Below, piece after piece: positions 27,613-41,732 of a stretch of DNA of 64,000 bases. Source of the stretch: Camelus dromedarius (taxonomy: Eukaryota); the NCBI RefSeq assembly GCF_036321535.1, contig NC_087447.1, positions 42,162,001 through 42,226,000 on the forward strand. Direction: 5' to 3'. Position 1 is the first letter of the stretch; each line of letters starts with the position of its first letter. The position numbers and the translations under genes were made by a program. A model generated the notes under the pieces. That model saw only the letters and a list, made by a program, of their open reading frames with translations, was not told where the DNA came from and did no database searches.

Positions 27613-28607
27613 CAAAATCTGGATTTTGGTTGTGCAAATCTACTTAGTAGTTAGTAAGGTGGTTTCCAAGTGACAAACGTTAAGAATATTTTTCTTTCTA
27701 AGTCTCCATCAGTTTGCATTAAATTTTTCCATTTTTATCCAAGTTTAAATTATTCTAATGTGAAAATATAGTTATTTAATATACTATATACTTACTTAAT
27801 TTTTTAGTCCTTCATCAAATCTATTATTATAATCTCTTCTCTTTTAAAACCTTTATTTGAATCATCTATCCCCATTCAGAAGTCTATTCATTGATGCAAA
27901 TTTGTTTGCATTCTTTTTTGGCCTATAATAAATTTAGTGCTCAACTGTAAGAAAAATTTTCCAGTTAGCTGTTAGGATCTATATCTTGACTATTTATAAA
28001 TGACCTGTGTTCTGTTTCAATTTTAATCCTTTTTTGTAAAGAATCAAAGTATAAATACGAAATAAATTAACAGTTTACTGTTGTAATCAAATAAAACTTG
28101 GTGACAAAGCAAATCTGATACATATTTCATGAGCTGTTATTGTGATAAGATAAATAAGCACATATGGAAAAGTTTGCATGAATGGTGGTAATTGTACAGT
28201 TGAATATAGTATGTCAAAGGTTAGATGATAGGAGAGATGGGGAAAGACTGGAATTATAAGAAGGAGCTACTCTGAGCAGTTCTGGAGTGGTACCCAGCAG
28301 CACCCACATGGCCTGGCCTCCTCAAGTCATCAGCAGAAACGACAGGACCTGCACCCAACTCTAAGTCCATGAGGGGAAGAGCCTACCTGCATGTCCTTTG
28401 TTGAGTTCCCAGTGCCTGGCACAATATCTGATACAGAGATGATCTCAACTCTTATTTGTGGAAGGAAGAAAGGAAGAGGGAAAGGAAGGATGGCATGGAG
28501 GAAGAAAGGAAGGGAATGAATGCTTAATATATAAGGAACATTTATATTTCCAGTCATTCCAAACAACTGGGTCAATGTACAAAGACAGTACAACCAATGA
28601 TATCATA

Positions 28608-29121
28608 CAGGCAGACCTCAGAGACACTGCGGGTTCAGATCCAGACCACCACAAAAAAGCATATTTGCAATACGGCGAATATGGCAATAAAGTGAGTCAC
28701 AGGAATTTTTTGGCTTCCCAATGCATAGAAAGTTGTGTTCACACTATACTGTAGTCTATTAAGTGTGCAATAGCATTATGTCTGAAAAACCAATGTACAT
28801 ACCTTAAGTTAAAAGTACTTTAGTGCTAAAAAATGTTAACCATCCCCTGAGCCTTCAGTGAGTCGTAATCTTTATGCAATAGTAATATTGAAGATCACTG
28901 ATCATCGATCACCATAAAAATATAGTAATAATGAAAAAGTTTGAAATGTTGTGAGAATTATTGAAATGTGACCCAGAGACGTGATGTGAGCAAATGCTGT
29001 GGGGAAAATGGTGCTGTTGACTTGCTCAGTGCAAATCTGCCACAAACATTCAATTTGTAAAAAGCAGTACCTGTGAAGCTCCATAAGGCAAAGCAAAGCA
29101 CGATAAAATGAGTTATACCTG
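28608..29121 (-). mobile_element. Internally deleted Tigger1-family element (Tigger1a-like MITE)
   Basis: TIRs CAGGCAGACCTC and GAGTTATACCTG, flanked by TA at 28606-28607 and 29122-29123; both ends resemble Tigger1 termini. Confidence 0.8.
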
Positions 29122-29229
29122 TACTGACTAAGCAAAACTTTAAAATGCATAATTCAAGAAATCCCCTGCAAAAGGTATAGGCATGATAAGTGCCACTGAT
29201 ATAGCAAATAAAGTTTAGTGATTAAAAGG

Positions 29230-29461
29230 GCCCCAGACACCACATAGTTTATGATTCCATTTGTAAGAAACATCCAGAACAGGCAAATCCATAGAAACAG
29301 AAAACAGACTGGTGGTTGTCTAGGGCTTGGAGGAGGGGTGTAAATGGGGAATGACTCCTAATGGCTTTCCTATTGGAATGATGAAAATGTTCTAAAATTG
29401 ACTCAGGTGATGGTGGCACAACTCTGTAAATATATTAAAAGCCGCTGAATTGTGTACTTAA
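29230..29461 (+). mobile_element. Old L1 3' UTR fragment (L1MB-like)
   Basis: atgattccatt..tccagaacaggcaaatccatagaaacagaaa...gatgaaaatgttctaaaattg. Confidence 0.7.
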
Positions 29462-29906
29462 CTTTTTTAACATTTTTTATTGAGTTATAGTCATTTTACA
29501 ATGTTGAATCAAATTCCAGTGTAGAGCACTGGACAATTTTTCAGTTATACGTGAACATACATATATTCATTGTCACATTTTCTTCTCCGTGAGCTACCAT
29601 AGGATCTTGTATATAGTTCCCTGTGCTATACGGTATAATCGTGTTTATCTGTTCTACAATTCACATCTTCTTTATCCAGTCATCTGTCGATGGACAGTTA
29701 GGCTGTTTCCATATCTTGGCTATTGAAAATAGTGCTGCTATGAACATTGGGGTGCAGGTGTCATTTTGAAGTAGGGTTCCTTCTGGATATATGCCCAGGA
29801 GCAGAATTCCTGGGTCATGTAGTAAGTCTATTCCTAGTCTTTTGAGGAATCTCCATACTGTTTTCCACAGTGGCTGCACCAAACTGCATTCCCACCAGCA
29901 GAGTAG
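29462..29906 (-). mobile_element. Younger lineage L1 3' fragment with an internal deletion
   Basis: ORF2 C-terminal peptide ([33 protein letters not shown]) joined to the 3' UTR end; similar to the copy at 51898-52690. Confidence 0.8.
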
Positions 29907-30325
29907 TAAAAGCCAATTGGCAATCCCATCCTCCTTGCCAGTGATTGGTTTAAGAGCAGGTGTGTGACACAACTCTGGCCAATGAGATGGGAGTTAAAGT
30001 CCATGGTGGGGCTTCTTGGAGAGGGTTCCACAGTCCCAAAAAAGGGAAATGAGTCCCACTTCCTCCTCTGAATTGTTGTGTCTGGATATGATAATGTCAC
30101 TGCAGCAGCCACCCTGTTGCAAGCCCGAGGGCGCTGCCAGTCCACAGAGAAGGGCAGAACCAAGAGAATCATAACAGAGTGGAGCTACAACCTGGCACAC
30201 CGCGCCCACAGCCCACCCCACCTCAGGGCTTCGTGTTATGTGAGGTCATACATTTCCTTATTGTTTAAGCCATTTTCAGTCAGGGCTTTCTGTTATTTTC
30301 ATCCCAAAGAAACAATTTATAACAA
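29907..30325 (+). mobile_element. MaLR LTR fragment (MLT1J/I-like)
   Basis: gattggtttaag...ctggccaatgagatg...tttccttattgtttaagcca. Confidence 0.6.
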
Positions 30326-33300
30326 GATTTAAATGTAAAAATGTAGTTTAAGAAATTTTTTTTTATTTATTAGGCTTGCTTTGTTTATTAGGCATATAAA
30401 TTTGATAAACTAAGCATCAGTTATACTGGAAGTTGTGGAGAGTGTTCCTCTGCACAGACAGAAGCCCTTGGACTCTGAAGAACCTAGGCACAATGCGGCG
30501 AGGCAAATTTCAAAGAGGGGTTCATGAAGCCCTTGATCCTCGTATGAGAACCTACTGCAAACAAGACACACATCTTCAACTGTGGCATCTGTTACCAACT
30601 CAGGGAAGACATAGCTGCAGGAATCACAAACATTGATTTCTGCTAGTATCACAAATGATTTCTGCTGGCATCTGCAGGAATCACAAACCCTGGCTTCTGG
30701 TGGAGGAAGAGAGATAAGAGAGCCCAAAGGAACAGATCACTAGCAGCTGGGCTCTCTTATCAATGACCAAAGGGGACTTCGCAGGCCAGGAGTCCCCAGT
30801 TCAAATGCCTTCAGGGCCCAGGCAGGATCCATACAGGAAGGAAACTTTGGGAGTGAAGCGGTCGGAAATGGTGGTTCCATCTACTGGGAGCATCTCCACT
30901 CAGACCGGGGTGATGCTACTGTGAGGAAATGCAGCTTCAGTGTTGCCGGATCTCCTCCTTTTCAAGAAAAGCCAGAAACCTGGATCATGTGAATCATGGG
31001 AAGTTTTAGATTAGGGCCACCAATTCAACTTAAAAAACAAAACCAAAACACTGTGGGGCCAAACAGAACACATCTACAGGCTGGTTGCGGTCCACAGGGA
31101 GCCAGTTTGCAACCTCGGCCCATAGATTTGGAGCACATCCATATAGTGGATATATGTGAAAGTTTGCAAACATTTCCCTCCCACAGGAGCTTCTTAGACA
31201 CTTAGATTTGGGGCCACATAGCTGAAAAGATGTGATTGATGGTAATAGCCCAGCAAGAAATATTAGCTGCAAAATGCACGCATATAATTGAATGAAATAA
31301 TCTGTTGCATGTGGCTGGTTAGTGTCAACTGCTTAAATGTCAAAAAGCAACACACGTTTTTTATTTCCATCCTTGCCAGAGCCAAGTTACATATTTGTGA
31401 TTAGCTACCAACATGATCAGTCCTACTAAATTCCTTTGCTGTGTTCCCAGGCTTTATAAATTAGGATCAGTCATTCCCTCGCAAAAAATTAAACAGAGAG
31501 AGACTAAGACTGCCGGTCCAAAAAAGACATGAGTCTCAAGAGAGCCTTGTCACACCTTTCTGAAGCTTTCTCACATAGCGCAGCACAGTCTCTGGTCTGC
31601 AGGGTCACACCACAAATATTCCCTGGTTTCTCAAAGATAAGAGTAAATCCAAGGCCTGTGAATGCCTCTGACTCATAGAAAAAATCTGCTCATTTTCATG
31701 GGTCTATTTGTGTGTTATTTTAAAACAACTGTGATGTGACACGTGATAGCAGGAGGAACTTAGGCTAGATATTAAGAATAATTTCCTGACTAACAGACCG
31801 TGAAACATTAGAGTAGGTTACAAAGGAGGAAGTGGAGGCTCCCTCTCTGCAGGACTTTTTTGCTACGGTAACCGCCTGATTCTGTTGCTCAGGTGCTATC
31901 ACTGCTATCACTGGTGAGGTGGGAAGGTGGTGTCCACTCCGTCATGCTCATCTCTCTTCATAAGAGCTGCCACAGATGGGGTGGCAACCCGCTTGCTGTC
32001 TTGGGTCCTTTATCTGATCAAATCCTCATCGAAACCCAATCAGGTAAATCATACCCATTTGACAGATGAGGAAATGGAACCTCAAGAGAAATGAAATAAC
32101 TTGCTCAGTTTCATCCTATTAAAAAAATGGCAGAGCTAGAATTAGAACCCACCCCTGTGTCCAAGGCGTTTCTCTAAGGCCAGGCTGCGGCAGGTCCCCG
32201 GGCAGAGCACACGTGGCTCCCTGTGGGGAAGAGAGACCGAACAGCAGATTCAGGCAAGGGGAGCATTACGCAAAAGAGTTGTGAGAACATTGCCGAGCCC
32301 CAAAGAGGAAGCCAGGGTCAGGAAGAGAGATAAAATGCCAACTGGGTAAGTGACAGAGACACAAAGGGCAGGGCAGGTCAAAGATATCCTTCCAGAAATG
32401 AATTTGCACAGACTTGGATAGTCCAGGAAGTGAAGGCAGTGAACAGGGAATTCCTTTTAAGCAACACCCAGCTTGTGCTGCCCCGCCCAGCTCAGATTTT
32501 CCTTGGTGACTCCTGACTTGCTAACAGTGCCCTTGGATAATTTTCATTTCCCCTACTCCCCCAGCAATTTTCTGTGATATACAGGAGCTGAAACACTGTT
32601 TCCAACAATGACTGTGCGGTTTAGTCCAGTGCTTATGTCCCACGTTCAGAATACCTGTAACCAGGTAACTTTCCTTCTCTAAAAAACTGTCCCTGTTGTT
32701 TCTGCCCTGTTAGGGCCCAGGTTCCTGGATTAGCATCATTGCCACAACAGAAGAGAGGGCAGGTAGAAAATCAGTGGGTCCCTACAGCCTCCATATAGTA
32801 TATGTGAAGCCACATCACCTTTCCTACTTAACACTTGTGGCTGAAAAGGGTTTGTGTCTTTACTGCAAAAAAAAGCAGGTCCAGGCCAGCTCTGGAGCAG
32901 GGGTCACCTGTAGCCTGTAGACTATTTCAAGTTACCTGGGTCCTTCATCCCCTCTTTCAAGAGTTCATTACCTAAACTCCAGTATGGCCCCGGAAGCTCC
33001 AGGCTGCATGTTCTGAGAGGAAATCTAAGGAAATGAATACAACCACGGGGACACAGGAGAGCAGATTCCCTTGGGCTGGGCTTCCAGCTGCTCCACCAGA
33101 TCTGAGACCTAGTTCCTTTAATTAAACTCAAAACTTCCTCGAAGCAGAGCCTCAAACCTGCCCTGCTGGTCAATGCCTTCGGTTGGCCAGGGCAGTAAAT
33201 CAATGCAAGAACACACCTTCTGGAAATTATTTCTCACCCTGCTCCTCACCCACTGTGAAAAAAGCTAGAACTGACCTACCTATGACTGCAATGAACAAGC

Positions 33301-33649
33301 AAAGTTCTCCCAAGTCTTCTAAAGTTTGGCCTAGGGATTAACACAATTCTGGGGAATGCTTTGAATTTTAGACTCATTCGGTTATTCCACAGTCATTTAC
33401 TGAGGACATTCTATTTTCTGTGTGCTGAGTGAGAGAAGTGGTAAAATGCTTTAAATATGTCCGAGCCACAGACCCTGCTCTCTAGTTGCTCAGGATGCAG
33501 TAGGGGAGATTAAGCATGAACTCGATAACAGTAATAGAAGGGAGAAAGTGCTGCGTGCCATAAGAGAGAGAGCCAAGGACTAGTCATCACTTGTACTTGA
33601 ATGGGGCTTTCTGAAGTCAGTTTCCCTAGATGATCTCATTTGATGCTCG

Positions 33650-34205
33650 GCAAACCTGCGGAGGACAGATGCCATTTTTCTCATTCAGCATCCTTTCTCC
33701 CTTCTGGCAAAGGGACCCTGACTTCTCAGTGAAGAACCTGCACCCACCCACTCTTCCCGTGTGCTGCTGCCAGGGTTGCACCCCTGGGTCTGAGGCAGAA
33801 CAAGTCTCCTGGGCCCCAGGCAATCCAAGCACCAGGTTCTCCTAGCCATAGTGACCACCTTGGGGATGGGAATGTGACCCACTGAGAGCAATGCGAATTT
33901 AGCTGGGACTTCTGAGAAAGGGGTTCTCAAGTTTGTCTGCTGGACTTGAAGCACAAAGGCTGTGGGTTCTGGGACTGCTGCCAGCCATCTTGCCACTCTG
34001 AACCTGAGCCTGAAGGTGACAGAGCAAAAGGCAGAGCTGAGAGAAGGAGAGATACAGACTCTTGACCAGATCGTCTGAGCTTTGAATTCACCCATGCCTG
34101 AAGCCATCTCTGTCCCTAGACTTTTCACCTACATAAACCAATCAATGCTCTTTTGTCAGAAGCCAATTTGGTTTGGGTTTTTCTGTCACTCAAAACAAAA
34201 ACAGT
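33650..34205 (+). mobile_element. MaLR LTR (MLT1K/L-like)
   Basis: ctgctgccagccatcttgcca...cccatgcctgaagcc...aagccaatttggtttgggtttttctgtcact. Confidence 0.6.
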
Positions 34206-34240
34206 CCAAAAAAAAAGTGGAATCATGAAAAGCAGTCACA

Positions 34241-34435
34241 CTGGTATGTATAAAATAGATCAACACAGCACAGCACAGGGAAATATATTCGATATCTTGT
34301 AGTAGCTTATGGTGAAAAAGAATATGAAAACAAATATATGTATATTCATATATGACCGAAGCATTGTGCTGTACACCAGAAATTGACACATCATAAACTG
34401 ATTATACTTCAATAAAAAATAATGCAAAAGGAAAA
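34241..34435 (+). mobile_element. 5'-truncated L1 3' end
   Basis: Recurrent tail tgtgctgtacaccagaaattgacac..aactgattatacttcaataaaa; 13-bp TSD aaaagcagtcaca at 34228-34240 and 34436-34448. Confidence 0.85.
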
Positions 34436-34585
34436 AAAAGCAGTCACAAATGAGGTTTGAAATAATAAATAGATGTTGCTGTAAACTGCTAAGTATATGG
34501 TCATTTAATAAGCACTGTATGAAACTAATAAAGCATTCCATTCATTCATTAACTACTTGGGGAAAAAAAAACAAAATAGTCATAA

Positions 34586-34760
34586 ACAACATGGTCCTAC
34601 TGTATAGCACAGGGAACTATATTCAATGGCTTGTCATAACCTATAATTAAAAAGAATATGAAAAAGAGTAGATTTATATATATAGTATAACTAACTATAT
34701 AACTGTGCTGTACACCAAAAACTAACACAACATTGTAAATCAATTATACTTCAATTTTAA
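34586..34760 (+). mobile_element. 5'-truncated L1 3' end
   Basis: tactgtatagcacagggaactatattcaat...tgctgtacacca..caacattgtaaatcaattatacttcaat; agtcataaa is repeated on both flanks. Confidence 0.8.
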
Positions 34761-36429
34761 AAAGTCATAAAAGAAACTTTAACTCTATGGGATAGATATT
34801 TGATCTCTGCTTTATATATGAAAAATTGAAGTTCAGGCAGGTTAAAAAAACGATAGCTAAGGAGTAGCAGAACTAGGTTCTCATATCAATTCAAAAATTT
34901 AGTCCTTTGCATCACAGCTGCCTCCCTTAGTAACAGAAAACCAGAGGAAGCACAGATAACTTTAGACCAGGAAGATTAGCCAGGCTTCACAGGAGCACCG
35001 GTTGAGCTGGACTTTGGGAGACAGGCTGGATTTGGCCTGCAGTGATGGCAAAAGAATTATGGGTAAAGAGCTCATCACAGGCAAGGTCATGGAGGTGAGA
35101 AAGCTCAGGGGTAAATGGAGAACCACAAACACTCTGGTTTGTCAAAAGCACGGGCTACATAAGAAGGGTAACAGGAAATAGAGTTAGGAACATAGGGTCA
35201 GAATGTTTGGGGAACTTGAACTTTATCCTGAAGGTCAGAAATTCCCAAGCCCCACTGTATTGAAGACTGGCTTCAACTGACTGGAGCTCAGTTTGGCTAG
35301 CTTAGTTATACTAAATCTTGGGGATGAGGTTTATTAACACAAAAAAAAGAGGATTTAAAAGACCCAGTGAGGAGAAAAAGTCAAATTCTTGGCTTTGAGT
35401 TCCAAAATAGTGTCTTGAAACCAAGGCAAGCTGACGGAACTGAAGCAGGACTCACCACTCGCACGAAGAGGAATGCTGGATAGTTTTTTCTTAAGATGTA
35501 CCTGAGACTGAGGAAGGGAAATTCCCAGGTGCCAGAAATCAAAAGGGAACCCAAAGTCAGCATGGTAAGCAGAATGCAAAGCTGAGAAAAAATAGGCCTT
35601 AGGGATTACGGCTGGGTTTAGGGGGTTTTTGTTTAGTTTTGGGTTTGTTTTTGTTTTTGGGGGGTTTTTTAAGTAATGGGATTTTAATGGGGCCGTGGCA
35701 ACAGAAAATGAGGCCTTGAGCCCTGACAAGACCTGGAGTTGAAGCAAAAGTCCTACCTTCTCCCTACAGAAGGACAGAAGAACTCTGCTTACCAGCCTGG
35801 AGAAGGAGCAGGGAAGTTTGCCACTAGCCTGGGCCACAGGCAGAAAAAGAATCATCGATGACAAACTGGAACCCAGGCCTGTTTCTGCACTGGTTTGGGA
35901 CCTGAACACACATTACCCATCAGGTGTGGGTCACATAATATTGAGAAAAATACAAACAAATTCATACCTAGACATCATGGTTTAAAAAAAATCAAATATA
36001 AGAAACAAAAATCTTAAAAGCAAACTGTGGAAAAAGACAAGTAACTACAAAAAGACTAACAGACTTTAGCAAGTCAATCATCAGCAACAGTAAATGCCGG
36101 AAGACAAAGGAATGTCTTAAGATTGCTGATCTATTGAGCTGCAGAGGACAAGGAGAATGAGAATCAGGAGAATGCTGGGTAGCCAAGCAAACAGTGATGT
36201 TTTAAGAACGAAACAGTTATATCAGAAGCTGCCAATGGCTAAGTACAATTAGGACAGGGAAATATCCACTGGGTTTGGCAGCCTGGGGGTCGGTCATCAG
36301 TGCCTTTGACTTAGCAGTTTCAGATGAGGGCTGGAGGATAGAAAGCAGGTGTGAGGAGATTGAAGTCAACACAAGGAAGTGAGTTTTTATATCCAAAAGA
36401 TCCCTTTAATTGAAAAATACATAGCCTGC

Positions 36430-37530
36430 CATGACATTAACAAAAATGATTTTTAAAAGGTATAGATGGACCCTTACATATATCCACAAGCCAGAAATAA
36501 AATAGAATCACAGTAAGATCAGTGGGGCTGATGTCTCAGGCTCGTGGGGCTCTAAGTCTAGAAGCTGGACATTGGCAGCTGGGTGAGCGTTCAGCTCTGA
36601 AACTCACAGCTTGATACCAGAGGCTGCTGTGGGCACCACTGCTTGTGAAAACAAGTTGAAGAAAACAGCTGTCAATCTGTGGACTCTGGCTTTGTTAGAG
36701 CCTGGGAAGGTGAGGACACCTTGCTGGCAGAAATTGTCAGGTTGTCTACTGGCCCTTGACTAGATCCACCATATTCCTAATATCTGGGGATGGAGGATTG
36801 TGACCCAAAGCCCTGGCTCCAGGTGGAGGCCAGAGGGTTGTATCCTGAGAAGGGATGAGAGGAAAGTCAGAAAGAGAGAAATCAAACAAAAACAAATCTT
36901 TTCTCATACAAAAAGAGCCTGCAAACCGTAATTCCAATTCATATGAGAGAACCTCCTTGGTGAGAAAGATAGCCCTTGAAATTAACCATCAGATCAGAAA
37001 TTTTCTCAAATTTCCACTGGAAAGTTGAGAAATTTTCCACTGGAAATTTATAAAAGCATATAAAAAGACTTTACAATAAATGTTGAAAATGTTCAGAGAT
37101 GAATGCATGCCTTCCATTTCAAAAGGAAATTATTAAGCGAAAATAAACTGAAATGAAGCAATATGAACAATAACCAATTAGAAATCCTTGAAATGAAAAA
37201 TACCCTAATTGACATCTAAAAGGCCATAACGGGAGAAACTCTAGATTTGAAAATGCTCAAAGAGTAAATTAGAGAATTCGAAGAGAGAACTGAGGGACTC
37301 AGCCACAAAACAGAATGAGATAAACAGAAACAAACAGTATTAACAACATGGAGAACAGATTTCAAGGTTTAAATATCTATATAATAGGAGTTCCAGAGAA
37401 AGAGAATCAAAAGAAATGGCGGGAAAAGCAATATTTGAAAAGAAAAATTCTGTTGTTGTTTTTTTTTTCCAGAATTGAACAAAAAGCTTTAGGAATGAAA
37501 GAAATTTAGATTCAGTCAAATTATTATCCA
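36430..37530 (+). mobile_element. Ancient L1 5'/ORF1 remnant
   Basis: A-rich ORF1-like segments (aaccaattagaaatccttgaaatgaaaaatac, ataggagttccagagaaagag). Confidence 0.5.
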
Positions 37531-38649
37531 AGGGTATTAGGGGAGGTGAATCTCAGCATATAAAAACAGAAATCCTTACCATTCACAGGCGAAGGACCTA
37601 CTTCTGGATTTTGACTCTAACATGTACATTTGATTACATTTTAACATCTCTGAAATCATGATGCATGTTACAATCAACTGGCAATTTTTAGTTTTAGTTT
37701 TGTTTTCCCTTTTAAAATAAAAGTAGATCTTTATTTGCTTAGTTTCTATGTCCTTATCCGAATGTATCTTCAAATGTTCCATCAGCTATGTAAATCTCCT
37801 CTTAAGTGCACTTATTACCTTTAAGCATGCTATCTATCCCATCTACTTAAAATCTCTCTGGAACTTTCTGACTTGTTCCAGTATGAGCTTGTTGTCCTCC
37901 AAGCCTGCACCATCATCGTCATCTTGGATTCTCCACTCACCATCCGTTTTGGGATTTCTTTTACCTCTCTTGTGATGAAGACTTGAGCTCCTAGTTCCCA
38001 TTCTTCCTCCCTTTTGGTTTATCCTCTTGTTTTAGTGGAGCAAATTCTCCTGTTGTGTCCCCAAAGTGCACTGGAAGTGACATTTTGGGAGACTTTGCAC
38101 GTCTGAAAAATCTTTTTTCTACCCTTACTTGATAGCTTGGTAGGGTTAGAATTCAAAGTTGAAAATAATTTTTTCCTTAATATTTTGAAGGCATTTTTCA
38201 ATTGCCTCCTAGCTTTCCATAAGAAAGGTGAGAATTCAGATGTCTTCTGTTCTGTGAGGCTTTGTAGAAAACTGTTTTCTCTTTGAAAGATTTTAGGAAC
38301 ATCCCCTTGTCCACACTGTTCTGAAATTTCTCCATGGAGTACTGGTTTTATTCACTCTGCCAGACTTTTAGTGGACTCTTTCAAACTTTATGATGGGACC
38401 TTCATTCCAACTCCAAGTCTTTCCAAGTCCAAAGCCTCATCTCCTATTGCCATAATATTAAAAACTCGTCCCTTATGCTGTACACCAGAAATTGACACAA
38501 CATTGTAAGCTGACTATATGTCAATAAATATATATATCAAAAAAAAAATCCTTAGCACCTGAGACCTATCCTGTCCCAGCTTCAAATTCTGATCACCATA
38601 CTAGCTTTGGTCTCCTTTTTTGGTTTCTGCCACCTAGAATTTCCCTTTC

Positions 38650-40890
38650 TTGCTTTTAAGCCACCTTGGTGATATCATCTTGTCCCCAAGCCTTAAATAC
38701 GACCTGAACATGACAACTTGAAAACTATATTATATATCCAAACAGACTGCTCCAAACCTGCATATTCAACTGCTCCTTGATATCTAATTTGTATATAGCC
38801 AATAGAAATCTCAAACTTAAAATTCCAAATCAGAACTCCTGACAATCCCCCTAGCCCTGCCCCTCCCTCAGTCCTCTGCTCAGTAAAGGGCATTCTTCCA
38901 GATGCTCAGTCTGAAAACCTCAGAGTTATCCTTGACTCTTCTCTGTCTTACTCCTGCATACAATGCCATCAGCAAATCCTCTCAACTCTACCTGCAAAAC
39001 ATATCCAGAAACCAGGAAATACTTACCATCTCCATTGCTAATCCCTTGGTCCAAACCTCCATCATGTCTTGCCTCAATTCTTAAAATAGCTTTTAATTCA
39101 GTGGTGTTGGTCTACCACTTTGGTACCCCTGCCCCCCAGGGAACTCCAGCTACTGTATTCATGTCCTTGAATGGTTCCTCCCCTCAAATCTGAGTTGGCC
39201 CTGTTCCCGCTTTAAGTAAGAGGATGTGCAGCACTGGTACTTGCCAGTGATGAGCCTAAGCCTTTAAAGAAGGCCTGGAAGCCTTTACTTCTACACTTTT
39301 GGAAGCCCTGTGCTACCATGTAAGAACTCTGGCTCCCCTGTTGGAGGGACCACATGAAGAGGGAGAGGCTATAAGACCACCTAGAGGTGAACCAAGTCAT
39401 CCAGCCAACAGCAAGGGCCAAGCTGCCAGACCCATGACCCCAGTGTTGCTGTTGCAGCCAGACCCCGCCTGTCTGTGAACACATGTGAGTGAAGGAGCCC
39501 TATGGGACGTTCTAAGCCCAGCAGAAATTGCTAGCCCTGCTGTGCTTTGTCCGAATTCCTGACCCACAGAACCAAGAATAATAATAAAAGTTTGTTGTTT
39601 AAGCCTCTAAGTTGGATAGTTTATTTTGCCCCATATATAATCTAAACTCTAGCGTCCCTGCCTCCCACTTCACACACCACCCCTTCAGCCTATTCTCCAC
39701 ACAACAGCCGGGAGATCCTTTTAAAATCTAGGAGAGATCATGTCACTCCTCTGCTCAGAATCCTCCAGGGCCTCTCATCTCACTCAGAGTGAAAACAAAA
39801 TCTTTACAATGGCCTACAAGGTCTCAGAGGATGGCAAACTAAGGCCAGTGGGTGAAATCCTTATACTGCAGAGGAAAGAAGACTTCACACTTTTTAAAAA
39901 TTGAAGTATAGTCAGTTACATGTCAATTTCTGGTGTTCCGCATAATGTTTCAGTCATACATATACATACATACATATATTCATTTTCATATTTTTTCACT
40001 ATAGATTACTACAAGATAATGAATATAGTTCCCTGTGCTATATAGAAGTAATTTGGTTTTTTTAAGCTATTTTATATATAGTAGTTAATATTTGCAAATC
40101 TCCAACTCCCAATTTATCCCTTCCCACTCCCTTTCCCTCCAGTAACCATGTTTGTTTATTATGTCTAAGTCTATTTCTGTTTTGTAGATAAATTCATTAG
40201 TGTCTTCTTTTTATTTTTCTTTTGGATTCCACATATGAGTGATAAAGGCTGTTTAAAAATTAAGAAGAAAAGGAAGACATGTGACAGAGACTTTGTGTGA
40301 CCTGCAAAGCTTCAAATATTTACTGTCTGGCTCTTTACAGAGAAGTTTGCCAAACTCCGCCCTACACAGTCTGGTCCCTTGGTGATCCTTAGTCATTCCC
40401 TTTGCTCACCAAGCACCAGGCCAACTGGCCTTCTGGTCATTCCTTGCAGTTTCCTGCAGTTACTCCAGCAGCCAGGCATGCTCACGCCCTGAGGCTCCTG
40501 CTCCTGCTCTTTTCTCTGCCTGGAATGTTCTTCCCTCCAGATATTTGCCCCACTAACTCCTCTTCATCTGTCAGGTCTTTACTCCAATAACCTTCTCAGT
40601 GGGGTCTTATCTAGACCACATTACTTAAAATTACAACCCTCCTGTATACATTCCCTAACTGTCTCGGCTTTTTCTTTTTTTTTTAACTTTTTTTTTGAAG
40701 TGCAGTCAGTTTTATTTTTTCATATACCACATATTGCTAATAAACATTTTTTACATTTTGTTGCTGTTGTTTATTCTCTATATTCTCCAACTAGAATGTA
40801 AACTCCACATGGAAGGGAACCTTTGCTTTTTCACTGATGTATTCTCAGTGCCTAACACTATTCCAGGTGCATTGTAGGTGCTCAGAATGT
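38650..40890. mobile_element. L2 remnants interrupted by an MLT1 LTR (about 39110-39645), a MER58-like MITE (about 39825-40365) and an L1 3' end (about 39890-40243, minus strand)
   Basis: L2 words (tctcaaacttaa, gatcatgtcactcctctgctcag, ctagaatgtaaactcca); MER58 ends (ggcaaactaaggcc / tttacagagaagtttgcc); L1 tail in reverse orientation. Confidence 0.65.
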
Positions 40891-41732
40891 CCTTATGAGT
40901 CATGAAAACCATCACTTTCCTCTGTTTTCTGCACAGCACTTGTCACTAGCTCTAGATGCCATATTGAGGGGTTTGTCCTTAAACTCATGAGATTGGGGAC
41001 CACAGAACAACACTCAACAGATAAGTATCCAATGTAATATTTAGTCAGTAAACAGACACCGGCCACTGATCCTTTAAAAGAGTGAATGGGAAGTGAGGAG
41101 GTGGAAACACAGGAAGTTGACAACTTTCTCAAGAATTTTTGCTGTGAATGAGAGTGAAGAAATGGGATGGGGGCCGGGAGAGCACATAAGATTGAGGAGG
41201 GTTAAAAATGGGGATACAGGAATAAGCAGGTTGACTCAAACATAGCACAGGAGAAAGGAGGGGATAAAGGAGCAGAGTTCTCCAAGAGGTGAGAGCAATG
41301 GGAGGCAGAGCATAGAAGGAGAGGCTGGCTAGTGATGGGCAGAGATCTCTCTTTCTACAGAACAGAAGGGAAGAAAGAACCACCCCCGGCAGAGTTAGAA
41401 CCTCCTTAGTGGGAAGATGAGGAAGTTCCCATCTTCTGGTTTCTACTTCCTCAGTGAAGTGTGGGAGGTGAGGTTATCTGCTAGAACTAAGGGGTGAGCA
41501 GGATATTGGAGGTTTGAGAAGAGAGGACAGACAAGGTGTGGGGCAAGTCAGAGACCCTACAAGGGAAATGCAAAAGGACCACCAGGCAGTAGTGGAGGGC
41601 CCACTTGGAGTCTAATCAAAATTTAAATAAAACCAGTCAGCCCAGGCAGTGACTTCTCTTGAGCAACATCCAGTTACTTGGTTTCAGGGGCAGAAGACAG
41701 AGTTGAGTTGGATCAGGGTGACTGTCGCAAAG

